Assembly: GCA_964016885.1 (NCBI GenBank)
Contig: OZ024751.1
Coordinates: forward strand, 35,464,001-35,528,000
Direction: 5' to 3'
From: Eledone cirrhosa
Lineage: Eukaryota
DNA: 64,000 nucleotides
The notes under the pieces were generated by a model that saw only the letters and a list, made by a program, of their open reading frames with translations, was not told the DNA's origin and searched no databases. How positions within the stretch are numbered: position 1 is the first letter of the stretch; each line of letters opens with the position of its first letter. The position numbers and the translations under genes are program-made. Positions 39,120 to 52,856 of this stretch are shown here, in pieces.

Positions 39120-39530
39120 AATGTAAAAGTCACCCACGTATGACTGAGAGGAAGATAGTGAAATATCAGGGCCTAACCGATCGCTTCCTCTTTGTACCAG
39201 TTTCTGTCGAGATCCCTGGTGTCCTTGGTCCTTGCACTGCTGATTTCCTCCCTAAAAACAGAAGGACGGCAACCCGCTTAAGGAGGGAGTCGCATGATGT
39301 AGGATGGCTATTGAAGCGGGTGTCTCTGGACATTTTCCGTGGTAACCCCTTTTGCTGTTTTGTCTGCGGGGCGCGGCTGAGGCATCGCTCAGACAGGAGG
39401 GGGTAGTGTCTGTCACCCCCCCCCCCCCGCTCTCTTTCTCTTTTCTTTTTCTTTATTTTTCATTTTGTTTTTCTTAATCCCCTTTAATAGTGTTTTGTTT
39501 TTGTCGAAACATATTTCTAAAATAAAAGAA
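39120..39530 (+). pseudogene. CRE-clade non-LTR 3' fragment
   Basis: ERKIVKYQGLTDRFLFVPVSVEIPGVLGPCTADFL ... WLLKRVSLDIFRGN matches the K..KY..L....F.P..ET.G..G / QR.S....RGN end; pyrimidine-rich 3' UTR and AATAAA. Confidence 0.75.
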
Positions 39531-39971
39531 CTTAATGGAGTAAAAAGTCCAGAACGTAAAAATCAGCCAACCGTCACTAACTTATTATAAAAATAAACAG
39601 ACGTAAAGCATAATGGTAAACCCGACACTGTACAGCACCAACAAAGAAGCGAAGTGGTTCAAATTTTAGCGGGAAGAAAACCTATTCTCATTGTTAAGAA
39701 ACGAGAATACGTGGTGAGTGTCGTTTGCTGCAAGATTAACATTCGTTATAAAGAGGTTTCGTTTTAGTGAGGAAAGTTAAGACGAGAAACGGGTTTGGTG
39801 TACACACACACACACACACATACACACACATATATATATATGTAAAAGTTTGTTAACGAATTTTTCCGTTGTCTTCGCTCACCTTTTTTGATATGACCAA
39901 ATGATATGATCTTAGCCAGGCGAGAAGCTTTTTCATATTAAGATATACATACACACACATATATATATATA

Positions 39972-40607
39972 CAGTGGCGGACTGGGTCTAAAAATATTGG
40001 TTGCCATGAGATGAAGGGGACCCACCTACATATGGAATGCTATTATTTAATTATACAATCAAATTTTTGGGAAAAAATATCTTACCTTCTCCAATAAAAA
40101 ATATTATGTATTTTGCAAAATCCAGAGACTTTCAATAATGACCAGAAGTCGACCCTAGATATGACTAATAGCTCTAGGAAAGCCATGAACGACACCGCAT
40201 CTTTTTAACTTGTATTTTGAAAGTAGGTTTATAATTATCAATTTTCATTGTGCTTTTGTAGCTGTCTCGTTGTCCTAGTTGGAAGAATCGTAGACGGTGG
40301 TGATTCTGGTCTGAAGTTCGATCCTAGTCGGAAATAGAAAAAAACTGAAAAGGGTTACTTTCAGTTTTTTTTCTATGGGATGTAAAATAAAAACTGAAGA
40401 AGATTACATATACTTCTTGACCAGGATTGAACCCAAGACCAGGATCGTCACCGTCTGTAGTACCTACCGCTCGGCCACAGAGACAACTACGAAACTCTCA
40501 TGAAAATTCATACCTATAAACCTACTTTCGAAATTTTCAAAACAAAGTGTTGTGGTGTCCTTCATGTATTTCTTAATGTTATTGCTCCTACTTAAGGTTG
40601 ATTTCTA
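39972..40607 (+). mobile_element. hAT-like non-autonomous element with twin inverted tRNA-like units (left-end copy)
   Basis: Starts cagtggcggactgg; diverged internal IR 40144-40335 / 40412-40607. Confidence 0.78.
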
Positions 40608-40614
40608 CCCCACT

Positions 40615-40650
<36 letters not shown>

Positions 40651-40653
<3 letters not shown>

Positions 40654-40838
40654 ACGAAGGAAGTGTGGCAAGGAACCAGGTGAACCATAACGTACCAGAC
40701 AACTCGATACTATGGGTAGTAGAGTGGGTAATAGGAGAAGAGTCAAGACCCGAGTCAAGGAGAAGAGTCAAGACCCCATATTATCGAGTTGTCTGGTACG
40801 TTATGGTTCACCTGGTTCCTTGCCACACTTCCTTCGTT

Positions 40839-40840
<2 letters not shown>
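40651..40840. mobile_element. Family A mini-element, head-to-head inverted pair
   Basis: 40651-40716 vs 40775-40840; long arm ends agaccc/agacccc. Confidence 0.85.
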
Positions 40841-40913
<73 letters not shown>

Positions 40914-40919
40914 CAGTGG

Positions 40920-40971
<52 letters not shown>

Positions 40972-40975
<4 letters not shown>

Positions 40976-43219
40976 GGGCGGGTAAAATTCCCGAGAACCA
41001 TGGACGAGTTCTCTCCAGCGGTCTCTGTCCCTCATTATCGCTGCCATGTCCTGCGTCTCCAACAGACCAGTGTCTGTCCTTAAGGCATCAACATACGTTA
41101 ACCTTGGTCTTCCTCTTCCAGTGTGTCCATGTAGGGGCTTCCACAGGAGCACTGAGTGCAATGTCAACTCTGGATGTCGGTGAGCATGTCCAGCTAATCT
41201 CAGTCTCCTCTGTGTCACTTTTGGGACTTTTGGGACGCTTCTATACAGCTCTGAGTTTTTCATCCTCAGTGTATACTGATTAATGTTCAGAGCCATCCTC
41301 AGCATTCTCCTGTAGCACCCACCCACCATCTGAGTGAGTTTCTTGGTCAGTGTCCAAGTCTCAGACCCGTACAGTAGCACATACTCCACTCCAGCAATGA
41401 AGAGGCGGATTTTCATGTCTTTACGAAGGTCCGACTTCCACGCCGATCTCAAACTGTGGCACGCCGCCCAGGCTTTGCTCTTCCTCTCAACCACATCATC
41501 TTCCGTATTCCCAATCTTTGCTCCCAAATACAGGGAGTCCTCAACCAATTCTAGCGGCTTCCCGCCTACATTAGTGATCCCCTCTGGCTTCTCAACATTC
41601 TCTACCAGATATTTTGTTTTAGTCTCATTCATTCTCAGCCCCACACTTATCGACACAGTCTCAACCTCCTGCATCAAATCCCCTCCCTCCTTCACTGTAT
41701 TTGTCACCAAAACTATGTCGTCGGCAAATTCAGCATCTGATACCTTTTTCGCCTTAACTCTCCTGCTCTGAGTCGGTGCTACAGTAAAGCCAGAGTCCTG
41801 ATGTTTCTCCAGTGCAAGGCGCATACAATAGTCCACTACGATGATAAAAAGGTAGGGAGCCAATGTATCTCCCTGGAGCACTCCAGCCAGTATCTCAAAG
41901 AACTCTGTCATCCCATCAGGTGTAATGACTTGGGCTTTGGTGTTGGTGTTGAGCAGTGATATCAGGTCCACTATCTTCTTGGGGATTCCATAAGCCTGTA
42001 AGATCTTCATCAGGCAGTGACGGTCCACAGAATCAAAGGCCTTCCTAAAGTCAATGAAAACCATGACCGCAAGAAGGCACTTTGCTCTAGCTCCCTCTAA
42101 TATCCTCCTCAGCATCAGGATGTGACTGGTGGTTGATCTTCCCTCTCTGAAGCCGTTCTGGTTGTCCCTGAGCTTCTTCTACATCTCAGGCTGGATCCTG
42201 TTAAGAATCATCCTGTTGAGGGTCTTTGCCACAAGTGACGTCAGTGAGATCCCCCTGTAGTTGTTGGTGTTAGAGAGATCTCCCTTCTTTGGCACTGGGA
42301 CGATGTTACTGATCCTCCACTGATTTGGGGCAACTCCTTTCTCCAGTGCCTGGTTACAGAACCCCAGGATGATATCATCAAAATCACACCTCTTCATCAC
42401 CTCTGATGCCACTCCATCTTCTCCATGATCCTTGCCCCCCCCCTGAAGCTCCTCTCTGGCGAAGGGCTCTGTCTCAATATCCAGTTCCTCAAACAGCCGC
42501 CTGATCTCCCCAGTGCTCTGGACTGTGGAGGGTGGCTCTCCTAGTAGGGTCCTAAAATGGTCTAGCTATTTCCTCTTCCTATCCTCGGGCCCCGTTCCCT
42601 GGATCTGACTCGAACACCTTCTCTTCCTCCCTGTGATCTCGTTGATGATCATCCAGCTCTCCTTACATCCAGATCTGTCAACCGCTCTCTCCACACTTCT
42701 GATCTTCTCTATCAGCGCCTCCTCTCTGGCCTCAGTGTAAGCGGTACAGAGTTCTTCCCTCATCACCTCCACAGTCTCCATCCTCTCCTCCGTAGGATCA
42801 GCATAGAATTGGTCCTTGGCAGCTTTCAGGTGTTCTCTGGCTGCACACACTTTTGGGTTTGCAGAGCTGACGTGCTTCCTTTTGTTCTTTTTCCTCGGCA
42901 CCAGGGTCTCACTTGCTTCCGCCACTGCATTGGTGAAGTGCCCGTACCTCCTCGTCACACTCTCCTTAGTCCATCCAATCTCTCTCTCTCTTCTGTCTCT
43001 CCACACAGAGCACTAAACCTGTTCCTCACTTCCACTGTGAACCTCTCCTGTAGCTTATCATCTTCCTTGAAAGCTCCCCAGTCATAGATTGCTCTCCGGG
43101 GCTGAGCCTTGCTCTTTCTTAAGCTCACGCGGACCTCACTCATAACAAGCCGGTGGTCACTACCCAGTGTACTGAAATAGTTGTATGGTTCTGTGTTCAG
43201 AACACTATTCCGCCACTTT
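40972..43219 (-). pseudogene. RTE-type non-LTR retrotransposon, 5'-truncated with stops/frameshifts, in (TA)n
   Basis: LGSDHRLV (APE end), VPVPKKGDLSNTNNYRGISL, DFRKAFDSV, QGDTLAPYLF, EFADD, LLYGSETWTLT, GRGRPR, DRDRWR; split over four ORFs. Confidence 0.92.
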
Positions 43220-43316
43220 ATATATATATATATATATTTCTATATATATATTAAATTATTAAACACTACCTTGATTAAATCTTAACCTTTAACATCTCAG
43301 GGTATGTCATGTATCA

Positions 43317-43377
43317 TTATATTTTGTCTGATGAGGACGTACTGTTGTACATCCGAAATATGTATAATAAAATGTAA
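43317..43377 (+). ncRNA. Type I hammerhead ribozyme in a ~180-bp (TA)n-flanked insert (43240-43420)
   Basis: TTATATTTTGT-CTGATGA-GGACGTAC tgtt GTACATCC-GAAA-TATGTA-TA-ATAAAATGTAA; 11-bp stem I. Confidence 0.9.
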
Positions 43378-43413
43378 TTGATCAAAAGAACATCTATTTT
43401 ATTAATACTTATA

Positions 43414-43462
<49 letters not shown>

Positions 43463-43708
43463 GCCTTCACACACACACATATATAGATAATATTGGTATC
43501 AGTATATTCAGTTGGATGAAAGGCTGATGTCACACAATGAATAAAATGAATCTATTAGACATTATACAAGTGCCGTCTGGCGTGGGAACATCTGTTCCAG
43601 TTTTTAATCCAATGAAACAGGTTTGTTATTGATAACATTCAAATTTAAAACGAACAACAAACTGTCGACCTGTGAAGAAGAAATATTTATAAAATGCATT
43701 GAGAGATA

Positions 43709-43864
<156 letters not shown>

Positions 43865-43969
43865 AGTACAATAAAGCAATGCAGATATCGAATAAGTATC
43901 ACTCTACAGTTTGTAGGACTGGGGTATAAATAATATATAAGATCAAAAGATGGTTAAAAGAGTTCCATG

Positions 43970-44040
43970 TATTTTATTATGCGCATTTCAAAAACAAATA
44001 TCATCATGCAATAACATTTGCGTTTTCGTCAGATAAAATA
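43970..44040 (-). ncRNA. Type I hammerhead ribozyme
   Basis: TATTTTAT-CTGACGA-stem II-GAAA-TGCGCA-TA-ATAAAATA on the minus strand. Confidence 0.88.
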
Positions 44041-44111
44041 GGGAGACATGATATGTTGATTTAAAACTGCACTATTCACAAGTGTGTTTTAACCTTCATA
44101 TCATGTCTTCC

Positions 44112-44182
44112 TATTTTATCTGACGAAAACGCAAATGTTATCGCATGATGATATTTGTTTTTGAAATGCGCATAATAAAATA
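44112..44182 (+). ncRNA. Type I hammerhead ribozyme
   Basis: Same motif on the plus strand, intact core. Confidence 0.88.
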
Positions 44183-44212
44183 CATGGAACTCTTTTAACC
44201 ATCTTTTGATCT

Positions 44213-44354
<142 letters not shown>

Positions 44355-44395
44355 CCACAGTTGAAAATTGCAAACTCGACTGTCACCACATATCA

Positions 44396-44434
44396 TGAAC
44401 CTGAAGATTGCGAAAGCATGAAAGTACTTGTTCA
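44396..44434 (+). ncRNA. Minimal type I hammerhead ribozyme in a (TA)n-flanked insert (44352-44552)
   Basis: TGAAC-CTGAAGA-TTGC gaaa GCAT-GAAA-GTAC-TT-GTTCA; GNRA loop, palindromic AAGTACTT stem III. Confidence 0.8.
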
Positions 44435-44552
44435 ATTAACACTTAGAATTTAATATTCTATCATACTATTTCATTATAATACCATTATATATATTTTAAA
44501 GGATTGTAAATAAAACGAGTAAATCAGACAAAGTTGGAATTCCTCTTATTAA

Positions 44553-44677
<125 letters not shown>

Positions 44678-44879
44678 TGTATATATATTCTGAGGAAGAC
44701 GGCCGTTTGAACAGGGATTTCGAGGCTAGAAATAGGTAGTAACTTAACCACTACCATGCTAGTCGATACATCGATCTCCCGCAATCAATCGACCCTCTGA
44801 AACGATCGTAAAACAATGAACTACCAATCAACACCTGACTTCTGTTTTTTATTGTTCTATGCACACACACACACACACA

Positions 44880-44994
<115 letters not shown>

Positions 44995-45309
44995 CCTGGA
45001 TTTAGAGAGCCAGACATATTCATCCACACACATACGCACTCACACACACACTCAGACACACACACACGCATTTACACACCCATCCATACATATAGACACA
45101 CCTATTTGGGATGGAAAGAAAAAGAAATCCACGCACTCACACACTCATACACCTACACACCTACACACTCACATACCTACATACATACACTTATCACACA
45201 CAAGCATACACACACCTACATACACACACATCTATACATATACACACACACACCTACATACACACACATATACACACATCTACACACCTACCTGCGATGA
45301 AAAGAGAAA

Positions 45310-45842
45310 AACAACAACACTACCACCACCACCACCACCACCACCACAACACCACCACCACCACCACAACACCACCACCACCACCACAATACCACCACCA
45401 CCACCACCACAACACCACCACCACTACCACCACCACAACAACACCACCACCACCACCACCACGACACCACCACCACCACCACAACACCACCACCACCACC
45501 ACCACCACCACCACCACCACAACACCACCACCACCACCACCACCACTACCACCACCACAACAACACCACCACCACCACCACCACCACCACCACCACCACC
45601 ACCACCACCACCACTACCACCACCACAACAACACCACCACCACCACCACCACTACCACCACCACAACCACAACAACACCACCACCACCACCACAACACCA
45701 CCACCACCACCACCACCACCACCACCACCACCACCACTACCACCACCACAACAACACCACCACCACCACCACCACAACACCACCACCACCACCACCACCA
45801 CCACTACCACCACCACCACCACAACAACAACAACAACAACAA
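45310..45842. repeat. (CAC/CAA)n repeat
   Basis: Visible directly. Confidence 0.95.
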
Positions 45843-45899
45843 GACATTTCTGATATTTTTCAGATCAAAAATCTCTGAAATCAAACTAAATTTTAATTG

Positions 45900-46187
45900 A
45901 ATAAAGAAAATAAGAAAATATTTAAATTAAGAAAAAAAAAATTTAAATAAATAAAAAAAAATTTAAATAAAAAAAAAACATTTAAATAAAGAAAAAAATA
46001 TTTAAATAAAGAAAAAAAATTTAAATAAAGAAAAAAAAAATTTAAATAAAGAAAATAAAAAAATATTTAAATAAAGAAAATAAGAAAACACTTAAATAAA
46101 TAAAAAAATATTTAAATAAATAAAAAAAAATTTAAATAAAGAAAAAATAATTCAAATAAAGAAAATAAGAAAATATTTAAATAAAAA
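45900..46187. repeat. ~20-27-bp A-rich tandem repeat
   Basis: atttaaataaagaaaa(a)n units. Confidence 0.85.
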
Positions 46188-46367
46188 GTCAGAAAAAAGA
46201 AAGAAAGAAAATCAGTTGATTTAAAATCGATTTTACAAGAATTGTAGTCCAATACTTTGATTACTGTTTTAGAATGTAATTTAGGTAAAGTAGGGCATGG
46301 AAGGAGAGGCAGCTCCATCTTCTACGTCTTCTACCTCCTTCCCCACTTCTCTACTAGTTTGGAATAC

Positions 46368-46424
46368 GTGATTGTGGTTGTTGTTGTTGTTGTTATTGTT
46401 GTTATTGTTGTTATTGTTGTTGTT

Positions 46425-46457
<33 letters not shown>

Positions 46458-47830
46458 ATTGTTGTTATTGTGATGGTGGTGATGGTGATGGTGATGGTGG
46501 TGGTGATTGTGGTGGTGATGGTGATGATGATGGTGATGATGGTGATGGTGGTGATGGTGGTGGTGATGGTGATGGTGGTGGTGGTGATGGTGATGGTGGT
46601 GGTGATGGTGGTGATGGTGATGGTGATGGTGGTGATGGTGATGGTGGTGGTGATGGTGGTGATGGTGGTGATGGTGATGGTGATGGTGGTGGTGATGGTG
46701 GTGGTGGTGGTGATGGTGGTGATGGTGATGGTGGTGGTGATGGTGATGGTGATGGTGGTGGTGATGGTGATTGTGGTGATGGTGGTGGTGATGGTGGTGG
46801 TGATGGTGATTGTGGTGATGGTGGTGGTGATGGTGATGGTGATGGTGGTGGTGATGGTGATTGTGGTGATGGTGGTGGTGATGGTGATGGTGGTGGTGAT
46901 GGTGGTGATGGTGATGGTGGTGGTGATGGTGATGGTGATGGTGGTGGTGATGGTGATTGTGGTGATGGTGGTGGTGATGGTGGTGGTGATGGTGATTGTG
47001 GTGATGGTGGTGGTGATGGTGATGGTGATGGTGGTGGTGATGGTGATTGTGGTGATGGTGGTGGTGATGGTGATGGTGATGGTGGTGGTGATGGTGATTG
47101 TGGTGGTGATGGTGGTGATGGTGATGGTGATGGTGGTGGTGATGGTGGTGATGGTGATGGTGGTGGTGATGGTGGTGATGGTGATTGTGGTGGTGATGGT
47201 GATGGTGATGGTGGTGGTGATGGTGGTGATGGTGATTGTGATGGTGATGGTGATTGTGGTGGTGATGGTGATGATGATGGTGATGATGGTGATGGTGGTG
47301 ATGGTGATGGTGATGGTGGTGGTGATGGTGGTGGTGATGGTGGTGATGGTGATGGTGATGGTGGTGATGGTGGTGGTGGTGATGGTGATGGTGGTGGTGA
47401 TGGTGGTGATGGTGATGGTGATGGTGGTGATGGTGATGGTGGTGGTGATGGTGGTGATGGTGATGGTGATGGTGGTGGTGATGGTGGTGGTGGTGGTGAT
47501 TGTGGTGGTGATGGTGGTGATGGTGATGGTGATGGTGGTGGTGATGGTGGTGATGGTGATTGTGGTGGTGATGGTGGTGATGGTGATGGTGATGGTGGTG
47601 GTGATGGTGGTGATGGTGATGGTGGTGGTGATGGTGGTGATGGTGATTGTGGTGGTGATGGTGATGGTGATGGTGGTGGTGATGGTGGTGATGGTGATTG
47701 TGATGGTGATGGTAATGATGATGGTGATGGTGATGGTGATGATGATGATGATGACGATAATAATAGTGATAATGATGATGAAGATGGTAACGATAATGAT
47801 GGTGATGATAACGATGATTCTGATGCTGAC
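46368..47830. repeat. (GTT)n then (GGT/GAT)n, 1.45 kb
   Basis: Visible directly; explains the 536-aa poly-V/M ORF. Confidence 0.95.
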
Positions 47831-48350
47831 GTTGCTGAAAACGATGGTAATTATGCCGTCGATATAATTCCTACTTTCGGTGAAGTATATGAAACAGATA
47901 TTTTTTAATTAATAACACTTTATATATAATCAATATATAATCAAATACAGGGTGGGTCTAATCGATTGGTTGGGGAACAGTAATTATTGAGACATCATTT
48001 ATCAGCCCCTGGGAGGGAATCACACAATTATATCGCCATCAATCTATATTCACTAACTTCCACTAACTAGTTTTACTAAAACTGTATATACCCTCCCCTC
48101 ACTCTCAAGCGTGAAACTAAAAACAATATCATTTGTACTGCCTCTCTGTTTTTTGTTCTCTGTTAATTTATTAAACTATATATATATATATCAATCCATA
48201 TTGTTGTATATATATATATTTATATTTAAAAATTAAACAAGGTTCAATGAATACATCAAAGAATGAGTTTTACAATAGATTGGAAGCACTCAACAGAAAA
48301 ATGACTGAATCTTAACCATCTACTATGTCAGGGTATGTCATGCATCATTC

Positions 48351-48417
48351 TATTTTATCTGATGAGGACGTACTGTTGAACTTAACTCAGTACCTCTGAA
48401 ATATGTATAATAAAATA
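48351..48417 (+). ncRNA. Type I hammerhead ribozyme in a PLE-like insert (~48225-48460)
   Basis: TATTTTAT-CTGATGA-GGACGTACTG..CAGTACCTCT-GAAA-TATGTA-TA-ATAAAATA; flanks homologous to 43280-43420. Confidence 0.85.
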
Positions 48418-48579
48418 TAATTGATCATAAGTATATCTATTTTGTTAATATTTTGAATTAATATATATATATCCATATTTTTGTTTATATATGTATATAT
48501 ACTATTTAATAGAAAAGACGTTTAAAGACCAAATGTATTTAATTAAATGAAAACAAAAGAAGTGGATATATATATATAT

Positions 48580-48659
<80 letters not shown>

Positions 48660-49119
48660 GGAAATGAAACCAATTTTTACTTTTAATATAAAAATCGATT
48701 CTCAAACAATGGAATTGAAACCTTTCTTTACAGGCTTTGATTATTGTAATGAAGTCTAATTTATGAGATATGGGGTTTACATACTTTAAAGCAGGGGTTA
48801 GTTGGAATTTATAACGATCATAGGGCCGGATTAAAGCAAGTATGGGTCATGTGATATTTGGGACCTCCAATACTTGTAGGGGTCATGGGATATTTGGGAC
48901 CTCAGCTCATAAGCTATGAACATTTAAATTGTTCTACACTCCTCTTAAATTTTCCTGGAATGTTCTTCATGTTTCTAGGTCTCCCTGGGTCAGTTTAGGT
49001 CTCTCTGTGTGTAATTATAGGTCGTCCTGGGCAGTGCTGGACCTAACTATAAGCTAAATAAGGTATAGCTTAGGGCCACACACCCTCAGAGGAAATTTGG
49101 CTCTGTTCCTCGGTCTTAC

Positions 49120-49385
49120 TAGGTCTTTTCTTCCTGGGTCTTCCTCGCTTCTCTTCCTGGGTCTATTCTCATTTCTGTTCCTGGATCTTCCTCACTTCTC
49201 TTCCTGAGTCTTTTCTCTTTTCTCTTCCTGGGTCTTCCACTCTTCTCTTCCTGGGTCTTTTCTCTTTTCTCTACCTGGGTCTTTCTCTCATCTCTTCCTG
49301 GTTCTTCCACTCTTCTCTTCCTGGGTCTTTTCTCTTTTCCCTTCCTGGGTCTTTTCTCTCTTCTTCCTGGGTCTTTCTCTCTTCC
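49120..49385. repeat. ~21-bp pyrimidine-rich minisatellite
   Basis: tctcttcctgggtctt units. Confidence 0.9.
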
Positions 49386-49397
49386 GTTTACTCTCAG

Positions 49398-49495
49398 ATG
49401 GTGGTCGACTAGAATCGGTAACAAAAGGGCGAGTGAAACACAATAACTTGTATAGTGGGAATGTTTGGAAGAGGAAACTAAACCGATATGTTTAA
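49398..49495 (+). CDS. Candidate terminal coding exon of an unidentified host gene
   Basis: Polypyrimidine tract plus CAG at 49395-49397; phase-1 frame (D)GGRLESVTKGRVKHNNLYSGNVWKRKLNRYV*; unique sequence follows. Confidence 0.3.
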
Positions 49496-49873
49496 CCATG
49501 CAAGATCCTCACCACAATCTCTCACATCGCCATCGTTCACCTCCAAACGATATATTAATATTTTGGAAAGGAAGGGTCTTGCAAAACAAACAAAACTCCC
49601 CACAAAAATCAATGGAGGCTATCTCTGTTTCTCCAAACCATCTCACTTCATGGTTCAACGATCTTCGTCACTTGCCATTCACAAAGAAAGAAAGAAAAAA
49701 GGTGATAAAAGTGTTTGATATAATGTTGTTAGTGTTCAGAAATGTTTGTATAATTTATCAAAGCTGGTGAAATCAAGCGAAACCATTTCAAGCGGAATAT
49801 GCCAATATGCTATTACTGGCAAAAGCCGATTGTCTTGTTGTTGCTGTTGTCGTCGTTGTCGTCGTCGTCGTCG

Positions 49874-49917
<44 letters not shown>

Positions 49918-50189
49918 CTTCTTCTTCTTCTTCTTCTTCTTCTTCTTCTTCTTCTTCTTCTTCTTCTTCTTCTTCTTCTTCTTCTTCTTCTTCTTCTTCT
50001 TCTTCTTCTTCTTCTTCTTCTTCTCTTTAGTTCGATGTAAGGTCAGTCATCGATATGATTGATTACATGTAAGGTCATTCAATGTTGTGATTGGTAACAT
50101 TATCATACAACAACAACAACAACAGTTTTGTTTATTTCTCATATACAAAGTTTTACATGACTGGTTCCTGATTAAACCAGCCTTTGTCT

Positions 50190-50229
<40 letters not shown>

Positions 50230-50358
50230 CAGCAGCAGTAGTAGTAGTGGCGTTGGTGGTGTTGGTGGTGGTAGTATTTGTGGACGGATGTAGAAAGAGT
50301 TCATATTTATGTAATAAAGTTCTTTACACACACAGACGGAAACAATTACACACGTATC

Positions 50359-50390
<32 letters not shown>

Positions 50391-50405
50391 ACAAACAGAC
50401 AGACA

Positions 50406-50468
<63 letters not shown>

Positions 50469-50499
50469 ACGCACAGACACACACACACACACACACATA

Positions 50500-50775
50500 T
50501 ATATACGATGGTCTACCACACAGCTTCCGTCTACCAAGTTTAACTTACAAGACATTAGTTATCTCGAGGCTACGGTAGAAGACATTCCTCCCTGGTGCTG
50601 AACAGTAGTATTGAAATCGAAACTATGTTTGTGGCGAAACGGAAATTTTAACCATACAGTCATGCTTGTGACTTCTTAACCACAGAGCCATAACTACACC
50701 TTAACCACACAGCCATACCTAACACCTTAACCACACAGCCATACCTAACACCTTAATTACACAACCATACCTGCG
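50500..50775 (-). mobile_element. Degenerate tRNA-derived SINE with locally repeated head
   Basis: ttccgtctaccaa...gaggcta..gtagaagaca body; ttaaccacacagccata repeated ~4 times. Confidence 0.65.
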
Positions 50776-51574
50776 ACTATAAATGTGTGTACTGAAGGAA
50801 GTAATAATAAGGAGAAGTTTCTTTGTAAATACCGAGTACACGAAGCATATTAAAATTACATTAGTGACTATTTTAACCAATCAGTGTTGCATTGCAGGTT
50901 AACATGACGGCATTGCCATTTTTAATCAACTCCATATGAATTCGCCATTTTACAATAATAACAAAGAGATACACTTCGTTGCCAAAAAAAAAATCTATCG
51001 TCTGCCTAATTAAAAATGGCCACTGCTTCAACAACAGTGATTGTTTTCATAAATTTGTCTTTTAATTATTTATTCATTTATTCATTATTTAATAAACTAT
51101 AAATATTTTATCGACAAATTAAGGATTTCTTTTATATGTATTTACAGCATCTAAGTTATTGAAGACCAGAAACAACTTGAGTTTTCTTTACTTTTCTTTT
51201 ACCCTTTTAAATTTTATTTTATTGATTTTCCCAGTCTCCCATCGACTGATATGGTTGATATTCGGCCCTGTGGTGACTTTAGTGGAGTCGGGAAATTTTT
51301 GCTATTACACCCGTCTTTGAGGCTGGTGTAATAGTAAAAGTAATTTTTTTTTTTAATTCTAAGGGAAATTGGATTAGAATTTCGAAGGTGAAATTGAAGT
51401 TTTTTTCTATGATTTCTGATGTGATTTGAACGAATATGACCTTCAATACTGTCGTAAGTTATTGGTTTTCTGTGGCTCCACAGAACTACAACTCCACAAC
51501 GTTCTAACGACTCTGCTAATTGACCACCTCTTTAAGTTTACCACTTATATCATAGATGAAAAGAAAACAAATAA

Positions 51575-51735
51575 TGGTTTCTACTTTAGACGCAAAGCCA
51601 TCAATTTTAGGTAAAGGGAAAGTCGATTAAATCGACCCTAGTGTGTTGATAGTCCTATATTTTATCGACCCCTTATGGATGAAAGGTAAAGCTAACCTCG
51701 GCAGGATTTGAACACAGAAAGAAAAGAGCCGAATG
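51575..51735 (-). mobile_element. tRNA-derived SINE (Meta-like core)
   Basis: ttttatcgaccccttatggatgaaaggtaaagctaacctcggcaggatttgaac. Confidence 0.75.
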
Positions 51736-51927
51736 CCCATGGAATACTCAACCACCTACACTCTCAGAGATAAAAAGTAAAAGAAGAAAAACAAAATAAA
51801 TCCTAACCACAATTCTACGGGGGGTTGACTGTGTATACAGCACCATATGTACATTTTAACATCCACCATAAATACCACACGTCTTTTTCACTAATTTAAA
51901 CAAAGCATACACACGTATGCATACCAG

Positions 51928-52029
<102 letters not shown>

Positions 52030-52407
52030 CACATATATATATATATGAAGAACAAAAAGTTTCATTAGGAGGGAAACATTATGAAAAGAGCTAGAGAGAG
52101 AGAGAGAAGGAGGGGTGGGGAGCAGGAGAAGATGAAGAAGACGATGAGAAGGAAGAAGAAGTATAAGAAGTAATAGTATTAAAATAAATAGAATTCAGTT
52201 GATAATGAAATGTTTATTGACTGCAGTGGAAGAAGAGTTAAGATGTAATGTGGATGTATGTATGTATGTATGTATGTATGTATGTATGTATGTATGTATG
52301 TATGTATGTATGTATGTATGTATGTATGTATGCATGTATGTATGTATGTATGTATGTATGTATGTATGTATGTATGTATATATGTATGTATGTATATATG
52401 TATGTAT

Positions 52408-52740
52408 GCAACCCTGATGGTATCCAATGATGTTGACTTGTTCTTTTTGGTAAATATCTTGGGTTAAGAGAGTGGGACTGGCTTTGTGCAGTGCCTTTGC
52501 TCACTATAAAAGCTTCACGGCACAGGCATTGCTTTATATCTGGAGATCTCTCTGCACTTGTCGTCACATGGTACCATGGGCCCAGCACTATGTGTCAGTA
52601 GTTGTCATAAGTGTAGTGTTTGTACCAGAGTTTTCAAGTCGCTGGCTGGACTAAAAAGTCACTCGTTCAGCGCATCGGTAGGGGTTCTCCTACATGGATA
52701 TAAAGTAGTGGCCGTACTCGAAAACGAGTTGGCAGCCACC
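52408..52740 (+). pseudogene. RTE-clade LINE 3' fragment with terminal C2H2-type finger
   Basis: HKCSVCTRVFKSLAGLKSH matches the C..C.R.F.S..GL.SH terminus; short 3' UTR; microsatellites on both sides. Confidence 0.65.
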
Positions 52741-52856
52741 ATATATGTGTATATATATATGTCTACATACATATATACATATATACATATATACATATAT
52801 GGTAATTGTGTGGTTCTATATTCTTAAGAGACATGGAAGACTATTGTGTAACATGT

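Noticed and set aside
44688-44762. CTGAGGA...GAAA with GGTAGT/ACTACC stem
   Set aside because: Stem II weak, no valid UH triplet or stem I; at best a decayed relic
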